From: Camelus dromedarius
Taxonomy: Eukaryota
DNA length: 64,000 nt
Reading direction: 5' to 3'
Assembly (NCBI RefSeq): GCF_036321535.1
Contig: NC_087437.1
Location: 44,704,001 to 44,768,000, forward strand
Below are positions 14,178-29,100 of this stretch, piece by piece (positions within the stretch are counted from its first letter, which is position 1; each line of letters opens with the position of its first letter). Made by a program: the position numbers and the translations under genes. Under the pieces are notes generated by a model, which was not told where the DNA came from, ran no database searches, and was given only the letters and a program-made list of their open reading frames with translations.

Positions 14178-14580
14178 TGTTATAGTCCAATATTGTCCCC
14201 CCACCCCAAAACTAATATGTAGAAACCCTAGTCCTCAGTACCTCAGAATATGACTACTTGGAAATAGGGCCTTTAAAGAAGTGCTTAAGTTAAAGCAAAG
14301 CCATCAGGGTGGGTCCTGACCCAGTCTGACTGGTGTCCGTGTGAGAGGACATTTGACCCGAGGAGACGCCAAGGACGTCTGCACGCAGGAGAAAGACCGC
14401 ATGAAGACACAGGAAGCAGGTGGCCGTCTGCAAGCTTAGGAAAGAGGCCTCAGAAGAAACCAGACCTGCTGACACCTTGATCTTGGATGTCTAGTCTCCA
14501 GAACTGCAAGAGAGTGCATTTCTGTTGCTCAAGCCACCCAGGCTGTGGCTCGGTGGCGGCAGCCCTAGCCCGTTCGTGCA
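14178..14580 (+). mobile_element. Full-length MaLR solo LTR (MLT1B-like) with 5-bp TSD GGGGC
   Basis: TG...CA ends. GGGGC at 14173-14177 and 14581-14585. Contains the MLT1 motifs gaggcctcagaagaaacc and ctgctgacaccttgatcttgga. Confidence 0.9.
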
Positions 14581-15863
14581 GGGGCTCCTGCTCACAGTCA
14601 GCGCAGTTTACTCAGGGAGAATCTGAGGCATGAAGAAACTTAGTGACTTGCTTCAGATCAGGCAAATCCTGCCAGAGCCATAAATGTGACAAAATCTGCC
14701 TCGGGGACTGAGTTTGTGCTTCTGCATTAAATGAATTCAAGTACAGTAGGAAGTTACAAATGCCAGGAACCTAGTGTGCAAAGAGCTAGTCCTCGTTACA
14801 ATCATGTTTTAACCCAGGATGCATTCAGTTTCGCCTGGATTAAGCTTCAATCAGTGGGTTCCTGTCTACTAATTGGCTTAACAGTTTCCTTAAACTTTGG
14901 GGAAATTTTCATGAGCAATTAGGCCCTTGGTTAAATGTCAGTGATTCTGGTTCAAGTCTATGGGAGCTATAGTCAGTGATTTCAACAATTTAAAAAGAAT
15001 AACTGAACTTTCAAAGTAATTATGATATTAGGACATGGCATTGATGTAGCATGCTTAACTTCCCCAATGCCCTTTCATTTCTCCTGTTTAAGATTTTATG
15101 CGGAAATGCCAATCCTATGGAAACTAAAATAGTATCCAACCTTTTTAGTACTTTAAAGAGAGAAAGAAGTAACTTCAGATAACAAAGCTCCTTTTCTATA
15201 GTAATTTTTATCATATGAAAGACAGAAGACAGAAGATAAAGCAAAAATTGATGGGAGTGTCAACGTGGTGAAAAATGCTTTTGAGTCTGGACTGAACTAC
15301 TGTACGGTTTTCTTGAGAGGACTGGTCGTCTTTCAAATGAGATATTATCTGTTGTCACTTGCATAAAAAATATAGCACCTGCCTCCGCATGTTTCTTCTA
15401 CTTTGAAGAGTTTTCCTTGGTTAGACCTGAAAGGTTGGCCAGTGGAGGCAAAAAATTTGCCTTTGTTTTCTTGGGTCAGCAGCCCCTGAACTCAAACTCT
15501 TTCAGATTCAAAGTTGAAGTGCTATTGTCTGCTTTGCTGAGTTCATCTATTGTTCAGACTTCCCTGTTTACACTAGTGTGAAAGAACATATTCAGAAGCA
15601 GCTTTACAAGAAGCTACTCTAAAATATACATGTACCTATTACTTATTGAACACACTGTTCTGAGCTCAATGCTCTGTCCTAGTTTCTGTGTTCTTTTTAT
15701 TTCAGTTTTTCTGGAAGTTCGAAGCTGATCTCATAGTACACAATTCACTCTCTTACTAATTCAGTAAACATTATTCATGGAACCCATTTTTTTTCTATGT
15801 GCCAGGCACAATTCTAGAGATAAAAAGAAGAAGATAAAAGCCCTGAAAGAAACCACAGTCTAG

Positions 15864-16055
15864 ACCTGAACTGTTCAATAGTGTACACTAGCTGCACGTG
15901 GATTTTTAGGTTTAAATTTAATGAAAATTAAATAAAATGGAGAATTCAATTCCTCGGTCATACAAACCACTTTTTATGTGCTTAATAGTAATATGTGACA
16001 GTGGCTACCCTACTGGACAGTGCAGAGGAACGTTTTCATCTTTGCCAAAAGTTCT
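15864..16055. mobile_element. MER3-like hAT-Charlie MITE
   Basis: ctgttcaatag...actagctgcacgtgg...aaaattaaataaaat...gtggctaccctactggacagtgcag. Confidence 0.7.
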
Positions 16056-19000
16056 GCTCTGGTCTATGATATTAACATATTCCAACAGCTTGCATGTTCT
16101 GAGGAAGCATAGTCTAATTCTGTTTTTTCTGGGCAATACTATGGAGCAGTCCAAACTATAGTAGCCATGGTTGGGAAAAGTAATTGATGAAAAAGCAAGC
16201 ATCTTTTTTTTTTTTTTCACTATTGCTTTTTTCAACTGTTGTAAACCTGATTTACCATAGCCATCTGAAGATGTCGAGGTTGTGCTACAATAGACAGCAG
16301 AGTGTGGCATCTTGGGTCCCCAGGGCTTCAGAGAGATGGACGTTAGATAATCAGCACAATTACAGAATTATACAAACTGTTTTAAAGGTTTTTTTTTTTT
16401 TTTTAAGATCAAGGATTCGTGTCAGGGTTAGCAGGGAATCTATACAAGGTGCTCTCTTGGAGAGCCACCATTCCAAAGGGTTAAGAGGATCAAAAACTTG
16501 AATTTGGGAGACAAAGCTAGGCTTAAGAACAAGATGAGTAAGAGTAATGAACCAACCAGAGGGCAATCCAGATGGATTTCAGTGTACAGATACCTTGCCG
16601 CCTCTCCTAAATACATTGATTGTGAGAATTTAAAAGTGAATGCCATGCCACTCTTTTTCAGAAATAATATGGGCAGCTTCGGGGTGTGTGGGGTCATGGT
16701 TAAGATGAAGGAGGTAACTGCAGCATGAAAATTGAATGCCTCTATGATACTTGTAATTGAATTAGTTTCTTAATAAAAGCTGTAGTTTTTGCTTCCCATA
16801 CTTTTCTAATTGCATACCTTTGAATTCATTACTTGAGGATTTAAATGTTAAGTTGTGTTGCTCTGAAAATGACTGAACATTATCACTAGTGTTGGAAAAT
16901 GTACAGGTTTATTAGCATTCCTAAAAGCCATTAAGTATAATAGAATGAAAGAGAAAATGATTATCTTCACTCTAAAAATGTAAAGGTTTTCATCTATTTT
17001 TTTTCCCCCATCTTTTTTTCCCTTCTGTATGAATACAGAAGGCAATTCGGGGGACATTATATATGGGTAATTGAGCATTAAACATTGAGGTGGTATTCTG
17101 GCAAGTCTCATGAGGTTATCAGATTTTGATTTTTGATCTTGCTTTTTTACCTACCTGGTAGTTGCTGTGAAACCCCCTCTGATAGGAATCATGTACCAAC
17201 TACAGCTGGGACAGGAGGTAGTAAATGGAGCGGAGTCCAGGGCGGGTTCCTGTTGCACGCAGTTAGGGGTATGTTGTCCTTGTGAAAGCACTTCTGCTAA
17301 AGGAGAAAATGAATAAAGAACTGGTCTCAGAAGCAAACAGTCTCTGGCAATTACTGACAGGTGAGATTACAGATGAATGAAAGGAGGAAAATCAGATAAA
17401 AATGAGAGGTAGAATTAGTGCTGAAAGGAATGAAAAGAGCTATACATATTAATTCTATTCATGTAAATAGATTTCCACAGCTGGGATTTTGCTTTTTTCT
17501 AAGCATGTTTTTCCTGTCTAGTCTCTATAAAACAGTGGTTCTTCACTAGAAATAAATATAAATAAATATAGGTATATAAATATATAAATTTGGATAAGTG
17601 TGTGTGTACCTATGGCAACAAAATATCCCCATAGTTTACCTTTTGTTTAGTTGTTGGCCCACATCTCTTCAGGTTGAGGAACAAGGCTGTTTCCCTGGTT
17701 ACATAAGCAAGGAGGTACCAGCTGAGAATAGAGGACTGACATCCAGCTTTTGTGTAAATGTATGAATATATGCGGAATGAGCATTTGTGATACACTCTGC
17801 AAACTACTGCATGGTACCAGCATGATTCAAGTGTGCACTCTTTGTTAAGAATTTCTAATTCAAAAGTCTGGGATTGGATAATCGAATCCTCTTTCTAAGC
17901 TGGTAGCCATGAACCTGAAATTCTCAAATAATGAAGGAAAACTATTGCTTGAGCGATTCATCTGCCAGTTTGTTGTTTTCAATACCAGTTACGAAAAAGT
18001 AAAAGACCTTGAGGATTATCTTCAGAGTTTGAAAATGCACAAGGCCTGGACTCTGGATGGCTCTAAGTTGTGATCATGTTAGTCATTTCTTCCTTTCTAT
18101 TGTAAAATTTTATTCAATTTTACTACTTACAAATATCATGACAAGAGGACAAAATACTTTCTTTTACTCGCCGTCCTCCCCAAGTCTGGACATCTGCTTG
18201 TTACTATCACTTCTATTAACTCTAACTTGTTTTAAGTACTTTTCTCACCATCTCTGTCAATTTATCATGCAAGTACCAGGCTTCCTCACCTTGTCTGTGC
18301 CATGTTTGGAGATAATACAAATGTGTAGTTAATTTTATATGCATATACCTGCAGTTACTTCTCTTTTCTAAACACTCTTCAAGACCAGTTCTTCTTAAGC
18401 ATGTTAGAACACCCCTTGATTTGTGTTTACGTCAGTATTATTTTTAGTGACACTGTACCCGAAACAGTCTCATGTCCCTTATGTTTCTCCTAAAGTTTCT
18501 ACTCTCACTCCATAATCTTAAGATTTATAATGGCGTATATTCACTAGTACAATTTATCAGTAAGCAGACAAATGGACTACAGTGGCTTTTACAGTATGCA
18601 GTGGTATAAGGCCCAAATATACCTTTAAATAAATGATTATTTTTCATCATTGTATGTGATAGTTATCTCTCAACAGGCCTTAATTTGCAATAGGGCTAAA
18701 AAGAGAGGATACAAAATAATCTTTTCTTTATTCTTGGCAATTTATACATTTTTTTCTGACATATTTCTGATAATGTCTCACAAAACAAATTTGCAGAATT
18801 AAAACTAAAAATTTTGTCAGATATCAGTGCTTCATATAAACATCCTTTAAGTATTAATTTGCTATTTATGCCATTTCTTCCAAATGTGAAGATCACACCA
18901 ATGATGTTATATCGTTAATATAGAAAATTACTTACTGTTCAGAAATTAGATGGTGACAGAGCTAAGAACTGAATTCATGAAATTCAATGCTTTTTCCTAA

Positions 19001-19649
19001 GTTATCAACCAATTCAGAGGAGACCCATAAAGCAGATGACAAGAGGGAACAGTGCCTTTAATCCTATGGATTTTGTTTACTCTTATGGACCATTGTTAAG
19101 TGTAGCCAAACAAATGTGCACATGTACACACAAATACACACAGAAACATGTCAGACTGCAAGACAGATGCAGACCTGATACATCTAAGGCACTGAAGGAA
19201 GTTGCATTGAATTAATAAATAGACATTATAGAATTGTTTATGAAAGTGTGAATGATCAGACTTGTATATCAACCATGATGGTGAAACGTGAATGGTTAGC
19301 AAGTCAAGTACAAGTAGTCCAACGAATCCCTATTAGCCACGTTGAAAGATGGAGTGTATTACTGAAGTGCTTTAAAAGGGAAGCTAATGTATGAACTTAA
19401 AATACGAAAAGTTCAAAATATTAAAATGCAGTGCTTTGGGCTATTATCAATAAGATTATCTACAGCACAGTTACTGCTTTTCTATCATTTCTGAATCTCT
19501 GCTTTACTTTTAGCAAGACATGCAGTTAAAGACACCAAATGGTAAACCAGTCTGTTTTTATACTTTTCAGTGATCCTGCAGTGATTTAATTGTAGAACGA
19601 ATTTAAATTAATGGATAAGATGTCATTGGAGAATTATCTGTGGATTTTC

Positions 19650-19960
19650 AGTATCCTTACCAATGCTCGTTCCCATTATAGTAGATAATTGGAGGAGACA
19701 TTTCTTAGAAATATCATATGTGGAAAAGTTCTAGAGATTCTATTTGGCAGCAAGCTAAACAGGAATCAACAGTATTCTATGAGTAGTAAAAGGCTACATT
19801 TATCTTAAATTGCATTAGTAAACGTGAGAGAAAAGAGTGGGGATGGTCATTACTGCACTTTTCACTAATGTGGCCACACCATCCCTGGAGGATTTGCATG
19901 AGTTGTGAAGAATGTAGTTTAAGAGGGCTTTGTAACTAGAAGAAAGTGAGAAAGATAGTA
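19650..19960 (+). mobile_element. Possible L3/CR1 fragment
   Basis: caagctaaacaggaatcaacagt...atcttaaattgcattagta...gtggccacacc...ctggag weakly resembles CR1 ORF2 remnants. Confidence 0.35.
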
Positions 19961-20792
19961 AATGCATCTGAAATTAATTATATTAAAATTAATTATATTG
20001 AAATATAACATGTCATAAAGCTTAAAGAAAGAAGAGACTTAAGGTGAATAACTACTCTTACATATGGCAAAGGTATATTATTCTAGTTTAAGACGGCAGA
20101 ACAACAAACAGTGGGGGACATCAAAGAAAAATGTTTATTGACTGGCCAAGAAGAATGAAGAACTCTACATTTTGTGTTGTCCAAAAAAAAGGAAGGCCCA
20201 CTTTAAAAAAGGACTACCATTGGAGCTAAAATGAGAATCAAGTGTGAGAATCTTCAAATTTCATGATCGGTTGGCAAGTTTGCAGACAAAGATGATTATT
20301 ACCTAGCACATAAAAGTGTAATACTAGCTTTCTCTTATAATTTCTAGATTATACAGATTCAGAATGGTTCCAACAACAACAACAAAATCTAAACATATTA
20401 GTTTCACAATATTGACAATGCGACAACCTGGAAACGTAAGTTAAAACTGATACAACTAGAGAGATACATGAAAGTATGATAAAATATTTGTAGTATCTTT
20501 GTCTCAAGGGATATGGATTTTTTCCCTTTGATATTTTATGAACTGTTTTTTAAGAGAATATGATTTTTTATAGTCTAATAAAGTAACAAAACTACTTTAA
20601 CTTGAGTCAAAAAAGAAATGCCACTGTATCTTTGGAAGAAATCCTGTGGTTTAATATTCATTTGTATATATTTAAAATTCTCAAAATAAGTAGATTTTGT
20701 TCAAAATATGCAGAATTTATTTAGTTGTAATTCTACTTTTTAAAATTCCATTATGTTTTGTATACTAAATGCTTAGTATAATCTCTAGAAGG

Positions 20793-21206
20793 TATGGTGG
20801 GTTAAATTGTGTACCCCAGAAAGTTATGTTCAAGTCTTAACTTGCAGTGCTGGTGTACGTGACCTTATTTGGAATCAGGGTCTTTGCAGATATAAGCAAG
20901 TTAAGATGATGTCATGGTGCATTAGTTTAATGATGGATGTTCTTGTTTAAGGGGACGTTGGGACACAGTGACACACAGGGAAAAGATACGTAAAGACATG
21001 GAGGGGATTGGAGTGATACATCTGCAAACCAGGGAATGGCAAGGCATCTACCAGAAGCTGAGAAAAGGGAAGGAAGGATTCTAGCCCAGAGCCTTTTAGA
21101 GAACACTTAGGACTTCTAGCCTCCAGACCTTGAGACAAGTTTCTGTTGTTTTAAGCTACATCTTTTGTGGCATTTTGTTACAGCAGCCCTAGGGAAATAG
21201 TTGACA
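20793..21206 (+). mobile_element. MaLR LTR (MLT1C-like)
   Basis: gtgaccttatttggaatcagggtctttgcagat...ggacttctagcctccaga...tgtggcattttgttacagcagccctagg. Confidence 0.85.
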
Positions 21207-22407
21207 TAGATTTTTTATTAAATAGGAAATTCCTCAGGACAGTATTAATAATGAAAATACTAAGCATTTTCCCACTTTCTAACACTAGGTTATTATTTAA
21301 TAATGTCTTTTTATATTATTTCCCTTTAGAGCATGCTATCAAGAATGCACTGAACTTTCATATTGGCTTAAAAAAAAGAGAGGAAACCATTAAATAATTA
21401 AATGTGTTAAACTAAAATCCCAAGAATTTGAAGACATTACCTCTCTACATCTTTATGCTCTTTTAAGCGCTCATCAGGACTTGAGATTATATTTTTTGTG
21501 TTGTTTATATGTTTATTCACTGCCCCTCACTACTGAAAGCAGTGCCTTTGGTTGTCTTCACCATGGCTGGCGCGTGGTAAGTGCTCAGAAGCATTGTGGG
21601 AGGCTCCCCACGTGGTGACAGATGCAGGCATGGCAGCTCCGGGCTTGGCATACCCAGCAGGGGACAAAGGTGCCTCAGCTGCCCTGGCTGGCTTACTAGG
21701 ACGCAGCTGAGGTCATATACATCTTAAATAGGCTCTGGGGCAAGGAGATGGTGTGCTCTGCGATGCCATTGGGGGGACAGTGTTGCCTTCACTGGAACCA
21801 CAAGGGGAATCAGCCCACTCAGATCTCACAGATGAGATGGTCTCTCCAACGAAAGGTTGCTTGCCATGTAGAAACAACAAATTTAAGTACAACAGATTTC
21901 AGTAAATAATTTTTCTTATATCTTATCTCACTTCTGACGTTGTCTTCTCAGGACACAAGTAGAACACTACCACTGATTTAAATATTTAAAATACACCTTA
22001 CTTTCTTTAGAAAAAAAGCTGGAGTTTAACTTATTTTTACCTTAATTATGGAAATCATTTGTGGCGAGCTTTAGTTAAAGCAGTGTTTTCTCTTATTTCA
22101 GTTATTTCTATGAACAATTTTTTTTTCAGTTTCTTCATATATCCCTTAAAACACCCAATTGTATATAATGTTCAGTTGCAATAAATAAACATTCATGAAG
22201 CTGTCTGGAAGACATCCAATCTTCTGTTCCTTTAAATGAGAGGTGTTTAACCGAGGTGTAGCAAAAGGTCCGTGAACCCTGAACATGACACGCGCGTTTT
22301 GTCTTGTGTGCTCACAGAACTTTTTCTGGTTAAAGAATTCATAACTTTGAGCAGATTCTTTACTGGATCTGTGATTCTACCATAAGGAAGGGAATCAATG
22401 CCTGAAA

Positions 22408-22618
22408 GTAGTGGTTCTCAAATGGGGGTGATTTTGTGCCCCAGGAAACATTTCAAAAAACTTTCGGTCATTACAATGGGGGATGAGAGATTGTTTCTGG
22501 CATCTAATGGATAGAGAACTCGGATGCTCCTAAACGTTCCGTAATGTACAGGACAGGCCCCCATAGCAAAAAAGAACTGTGCCTAAAATGTCATCAGTCC
22601 CACTCCTGATAAACCTTG
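22408..22618. mobile_element. MER20-like hAT MITE
   Basis: agtggttctcaaatgggggtgattttg...ctggcatctaatggatagag...ggatgctcctaaac...aaaatgtcatcagt. Confidence 0.8.
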
Positions 22619-22984
22619 CTTGAGCTAATCGACTATTCTACATCTCTCCACTCAAGACTAAGATTTATAAAAAAGCATAAAATCCTCAAACTACATTATT
22701 TTAGCTTCTCTCTATGAAACTTCTTGTTCCTTGGCGTGATGTTGTCACTCAGTTTCAAGGCATGTTACAAAACTCTGTCCCTGGAAAGTGATTTTATATG
22801 CTGTGATGCTGTGAATGGGGCATCCCACGAGGGCTTTGTTTCAGTTACTTGCAGATTTCCTTTCAGATCTCATTTCTAGGAAGATCAGCTCTGGCGTATC
22901 ATAAATGGATAATTTGAGGTGAGACTGATCTTATTTCTTTTTTGTTTTGATTATTAGGAAGATATAGGCAACCTGAAGCCTATC

Positions 22985-24264
<1,280 letters not shown>

Positions 24265-24486
24265 CCTATCTTCTAATAGTGTAGTTTGGATAATCTGATT
24301 CTTGCATCACTTTGATATTCTAATATCTATTTTTCCTAGGTCTTTACTTAGTAACTTGTAATTTTTTGGTTAGATCTATCATAAGTAATTTTTAATACAA
24401 TCTACATTTTTTTTTCTTCGGATGAAGTAAATAAATTTAAAATCCTGTGTATCATAGGACTTAACATGAAAGATAGCAAGTATATA

Positions 24487-24697
24487 CAGTTGACCCTTGA
24501 GTAACATGGATTTGAACTGTGCAGGTTCATTTATATGCCGATTTTTTTTCTTTATAAAGATGTATTACAGTACTACATGATCTGTGGTTAATCAAATCCA
24601 TGGATGCAGGACTGCGGATAGGGAGAAACCCCTGTAAAGTTACAGGGGGCTCCAGAGAGCCAGTGCCCCGGACCCGGCAGTGTTCAGCGGTCAACTC
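24487..24697. mobile_element. Tigger2a/MER8-like MITE (Tigger2a_Art-like)
   Basis: TA|cagttgacccttga left TIR and degenerate right TIR ttcagcggtcaactc; internal tttgaactgtgcagg and tactacatgatctgtggtt. Confidence 0.8.
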
Positions 24698-25562
24698 CAG
24701 GACGTGATTTCTTTATGCAGTTTATACCGCTTAATTCCTCAACATCAGTGCCATTTCATATTGCCATCTCTATTTAGAGTATACATTCTATATCATTTTT
24801 GTATCTTCTACAGTTACACTCTTTAGTTTATTTCCTTTATTTAACTAAAAAAAAAAAAAAGTAGCACCTATTGTGCTAAGAGGCACTGTGGACCTAAATA
24901 TAAAGTTTTTTTTTTTTTTTCTCCCAGAGCTTACATGGTAACAAGGGAGATAGCTTTGTAAATCCATAATGACGAACAGAAATATGCTAATTTGTATGCT
25001 GTTAGGAATGAGGAATATGCTCTAAGTATATGGTGCAAAAAGTAGCCTCATTGAGTCTCACAGATGCTGACTGACTGAGAAGGGGGTGTATAGCTAGACA
25101 TTCTCTTTTTTTTCATTTATAAAACTAAGATAGAAAATGATAGATATACAGATATATTGAAAAATGCATAGAATACATATACATATAGTATAATGTGTGA
25201 TAGATACATAAATTCAGTGAACTTCCAATTGCTTTTAGAATTTATTTTGGTTGTTTTTGGTAAAGCATCCAATTTACCATGGCTTTTTAACCATTCTGTT
25301 AACCACCTTATTTCTAGCTGTATATAATCTATCTACTTAATAAGGAAGTTCACTCAGGTCATTTTAATAAAGATCAGCAAGACAAAGCTCAGAATTAGCC
25401 TGGGCGGAACCCAGGAATTTTATTATTCCCTTATTCCCCTCCCCTACAGCACCTCCCATTTCTCCACCCACCTACCAATATACTGGAACCCATTCGTTGA
25501 ATCTAGTCTGCTTTGGACACATCCAGTTGAATGTGATCTAAAACAGTGTCATAACTTAGTAA

Positions 25563-26125
25563 TGTTAGCTGAAAACTGGGTTCACCTCTTGGTGGGTGTC
25601 GAGCCAAAAGACACAACCAAGCCAAAGATGGGGAGAAGGAAGGATTTGTTACTAGTAAGGAGAACATGGGGGATCTTTCCCAAAGCAGTGTATCCCCAAT
25701 AACAGAAGTGAGGAAGTCTTATGGTATGAGCACATACATATTCATGAAGGGCCTTAGATGGTAGGCGGAGCCTAAGCTTTAGCTGATGGAAGACGTGAGG
25801 GTCAGAAAAAGTCAACATCAACATCCTTTAGGCTTCACTTACCAAGGAGGTATTTAAACTCTGCAGAACAGCTCAAGACAGTGCTTTGGGCTGGTCCTGA
25901 CCACTGAAATAGGACCGGAGTCTTTACAACTGATTTATCTTTCCTGTTGTTACTTCTCTTGCTTTTTGTTCTCTTAACATCTTTATTACAGAGACCTGTT
26001 CAAGGACAAGCACTGTGGCCAAACTTAGATACCAAAATGGCTAACGCCAAAAATTGCTTCTCTTACGTCAAGAAAGCCATGCCTAGTTCTCTTTCTCCAG
26101 GGACCCCCTACCCTATCTGGTTAGA
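25563..26125 (-). mobile_element. ERV1-like solo LTR (563 bp) with 4-bp TSD GTAA
   Basis: Begins TGTTAG and ends GGTTAGA. GTAA flanks at 25559-25562 and 26126-26129. Orientation inferred from resemblance to reverse MER34/39-type LTRs. Confidence 0.7.
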
Positions 26126-29100
26126 GTAATAACTATACATTTAATGATCAAAACCTTTAAAAATAAAATGTTTGTTAGACTTCTTCTAATCTTAGTGTTT
26201 TTTCAAACTTTATTTCTCAGTGATTATCAGAAAGGGAATTATTGGTCAAATGCATTTGAGAAAATTACATGAGTTTTTTTTTTTTTTTTTAATTAATGAA
26301 CATCCCAGGGCCTTCATTGTGTGTGGTTATTAAAAGCATTTTCCTATAACATATGACTATAGAACACCTAATTGAAAGTAGGTCATTCTAAAAAAGATTG
26401 TTAATTATGTGTTTTTTTTTTCAAGTTATCATATACTCTTATGGCAATAACTTGGTCACTATTCATCACTATTACTTTTCTAAAAAATTACATTTTCACA
26501 TTAGCTTTTTTCTACAGGAGTATCAAAGCCAACAATGGTCCAGGTTCTATTATGAGTGGAGAAAGTATTCTAAGAACCCTCTTAGATTTTAATATTTATC
26601 AGGACTGTGTGATAGAGAACAAGAATGCCTGGAGCCTTTAAAAAAAATAATCTACAATTCATAATCAGGATCTTTAAAATGTAAAGTATCAGCCTCCTTA
26701 AAAATGAGGACACTCTTGTTAAATGCTAACCTTGGAGCTACTTAACTGCTGTATTTGCAGCAGGGACTAGTGTTAGTACAGGGGAAAAATAACAAACATA
26801 ATTCATGCAATTTTTAGTAAATTTCAGTTTACCAAAAAGGTGTATTTGTGTATATATATGCAAAATATACATACATATGAAAAATAAGACACCCTAATTC
26901 ATTTGCAATTGGTGCTGCTGTGCTTTACATCGCCTTTGGATCTGTGTGGAGATTGACTAGAGTTCACCCTTATTTTACAGTTAAATAATTGGAAGGAGGA
27001 ATCGGCAGTCATGCTTCCTCTTCTTGTTTTTTAAATATGTTAGGAATTTCAAAAATAGTTGAGAAATTTGCACAGATTAAATTGGTTAGGCTTTTGCTTA
27101 AAATTAGAGCTAAAATTAAAATGAAATGAAACTCGTTCTACTGTTGAGTTTTTTTCTTCCTAAAGCATCTGGAAGCAGAGGTTGATGTGTCTAATATTAT
27201 TTCAGACTTCCTAAATTGGTAAATACATACTGTGCCAAAATGGGAGGTTTGCTGAGGATCTGACCAGAGGTAGCATCACTCCTGGACTAGGCAGAAGCTT
27301 GAGGAAATAAACTCCAAATAGAGGTCTCCAGAATTAAAAGAAAAAAGAAAAGAAAAGAAAACAAAGTAAAAACAAAACACACACAAAAACTTTAAACAAG
27401 AACATTACTACTGTTTTGTCTTAATTGGCTCTGGGGATCCACCTGCTGAAATGTGGGACTTTCTTCCCAGGAAAACCCATATTTCTTCCCATATTCCTTT
27501 CACTCTCATTTAGTGTTTGAGTGAATCCACTTTCAGACACGCATTCATCCTAGACCACCTGGCTTTTCTATTATTGCAGCAAATAGAGAGTTACACTTTC
27601 TGGTCTCGAAGTCCCGAGAATCACGTTTCCAAAGGTTTGTGGTTGTTTTTCCCTGAGGTTTTTCACTTTCCTTGGGCTGTTTTCTTTTCTTTGAAATGAT
27701 TAGCGGTAAAAACCTAAAAATGAAAGGAGCCTGAGGGCTTGTCATCTGAGCAGCCAGATGGGAATCTGCTGAAAGAAAGGAAAAAGGACCTGCCGACAGC
27801 TTGCCTAGGCGGGAGGAGCTCTGAGCTTGCCGGGGTGTTTGCTGGAGCTAAGTGGAGTCGTGGTCAGAACTCTGCTGTTACATTCACTTGAACACTACAT
27901 AGGCTGTTTTCAGTCTGACATTTTTTCCTATTTTCATAGCTGATGAGGCCCACCAACCAACGTTGTAGGTAGAGATGGATAGTTAATTACCTGGTTGTAA
28001 TCCAGACACATGCTGGATAGTTAATAGCTTCTTGGATGCTGGATAGGCTCCTCAAATTTTCTTACAATAAAATGCGACTAGTCACTCAGCTAGACAAAAT
28101 ATACTTGAGAAAATATACGTGAGAAATTAAATAATAGATGAAGAATGCTAGATTAGTGGGTCTCTAATCCCCTTCTGCCTGTCTCTAAAAATCTAATTCC
28201 TCCAATAAAAAAGACGATCCATGGAGGTCCATGAATATACTCAAATGAGTAATTTAGTCAAATAATTCCAAATCACTTAGATAGAGGAGTTATTTTAATA
28301 TCTCCCTGCTATAATACATGATATATACTGATTTCAGTAACATTAAAAAAAAACTAAATATTATAAATCCCAACAGCATTTTGTAATATTCCACATTTAA
28401 CATATTAAGTTCAACATATTAATTTATTATATGCAATATACACACATTTATGTTATATATGTGTTACATTACACATTTGAAAAATAGTAATACACATGTT
28501 ATAACTTGACTTATTGTATGGATAAATCTTTATACTTGTATTCCAGGACTGCTTATAATCTTGTGGTCTCCCTAAGAGGTTGAAGACCCACAGATTTGGA
28601 ATCTAGTTGATTCTCAAGAGATAGGTTATAACCTTCTTTACCAGGGTGGATGTGTAGTTTGAAAAGTATATTTACATTTTTATAACAAAGCATTTTTGGT
28701 TGGTGAGAGTATGGGGGAAAGAGAGTGAGAAAAGATGCAAAGTAGGCTCTTCAGAAAGGAGAGTTGAAACTCAGCAGAAATGCCAGTTGTGAGATTTCAG
28801 AAGTGAATACAAATTGTAGGGAGGCCGTTGCTCACATGTAAACTGTACAAAACTGCATCAGAAGGCAGAGGAGAGAGAGAAGTGTAAACAATAAAACGTC
28901 TGAATTGGAAGCAGCTTCTAGAACCTAACGGGGGAAGATTCTGATAGGGCTTTCCCCCTTGGAATCATGTTCCTCCAACGCATTTCTCCTCCATCTGGTG
29001 GGCTCTAATTGCAAAAGATAGGGTATTTTCAAAAATGATTTTGTTGAGCTAAAGTTTCTGTACTCTGTAACCTGAAGACATCAGTGTTTTCCAAAAATAA

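Noticed and set aside
26505..26592. Good-looking acceptor ttttttctacAG followed by EYQSQQWSRFYYEWRKY...
   Set aside because: No convincing donor and no resemblance to NAALADL2 or M28 peptidase sequence that I recognise.
27975..28047. Repeated GGATAGTTAAT / GCTGGATAG motifs
   Set aside because: Only two or three short copies with no regular spacing, probably local slippage.
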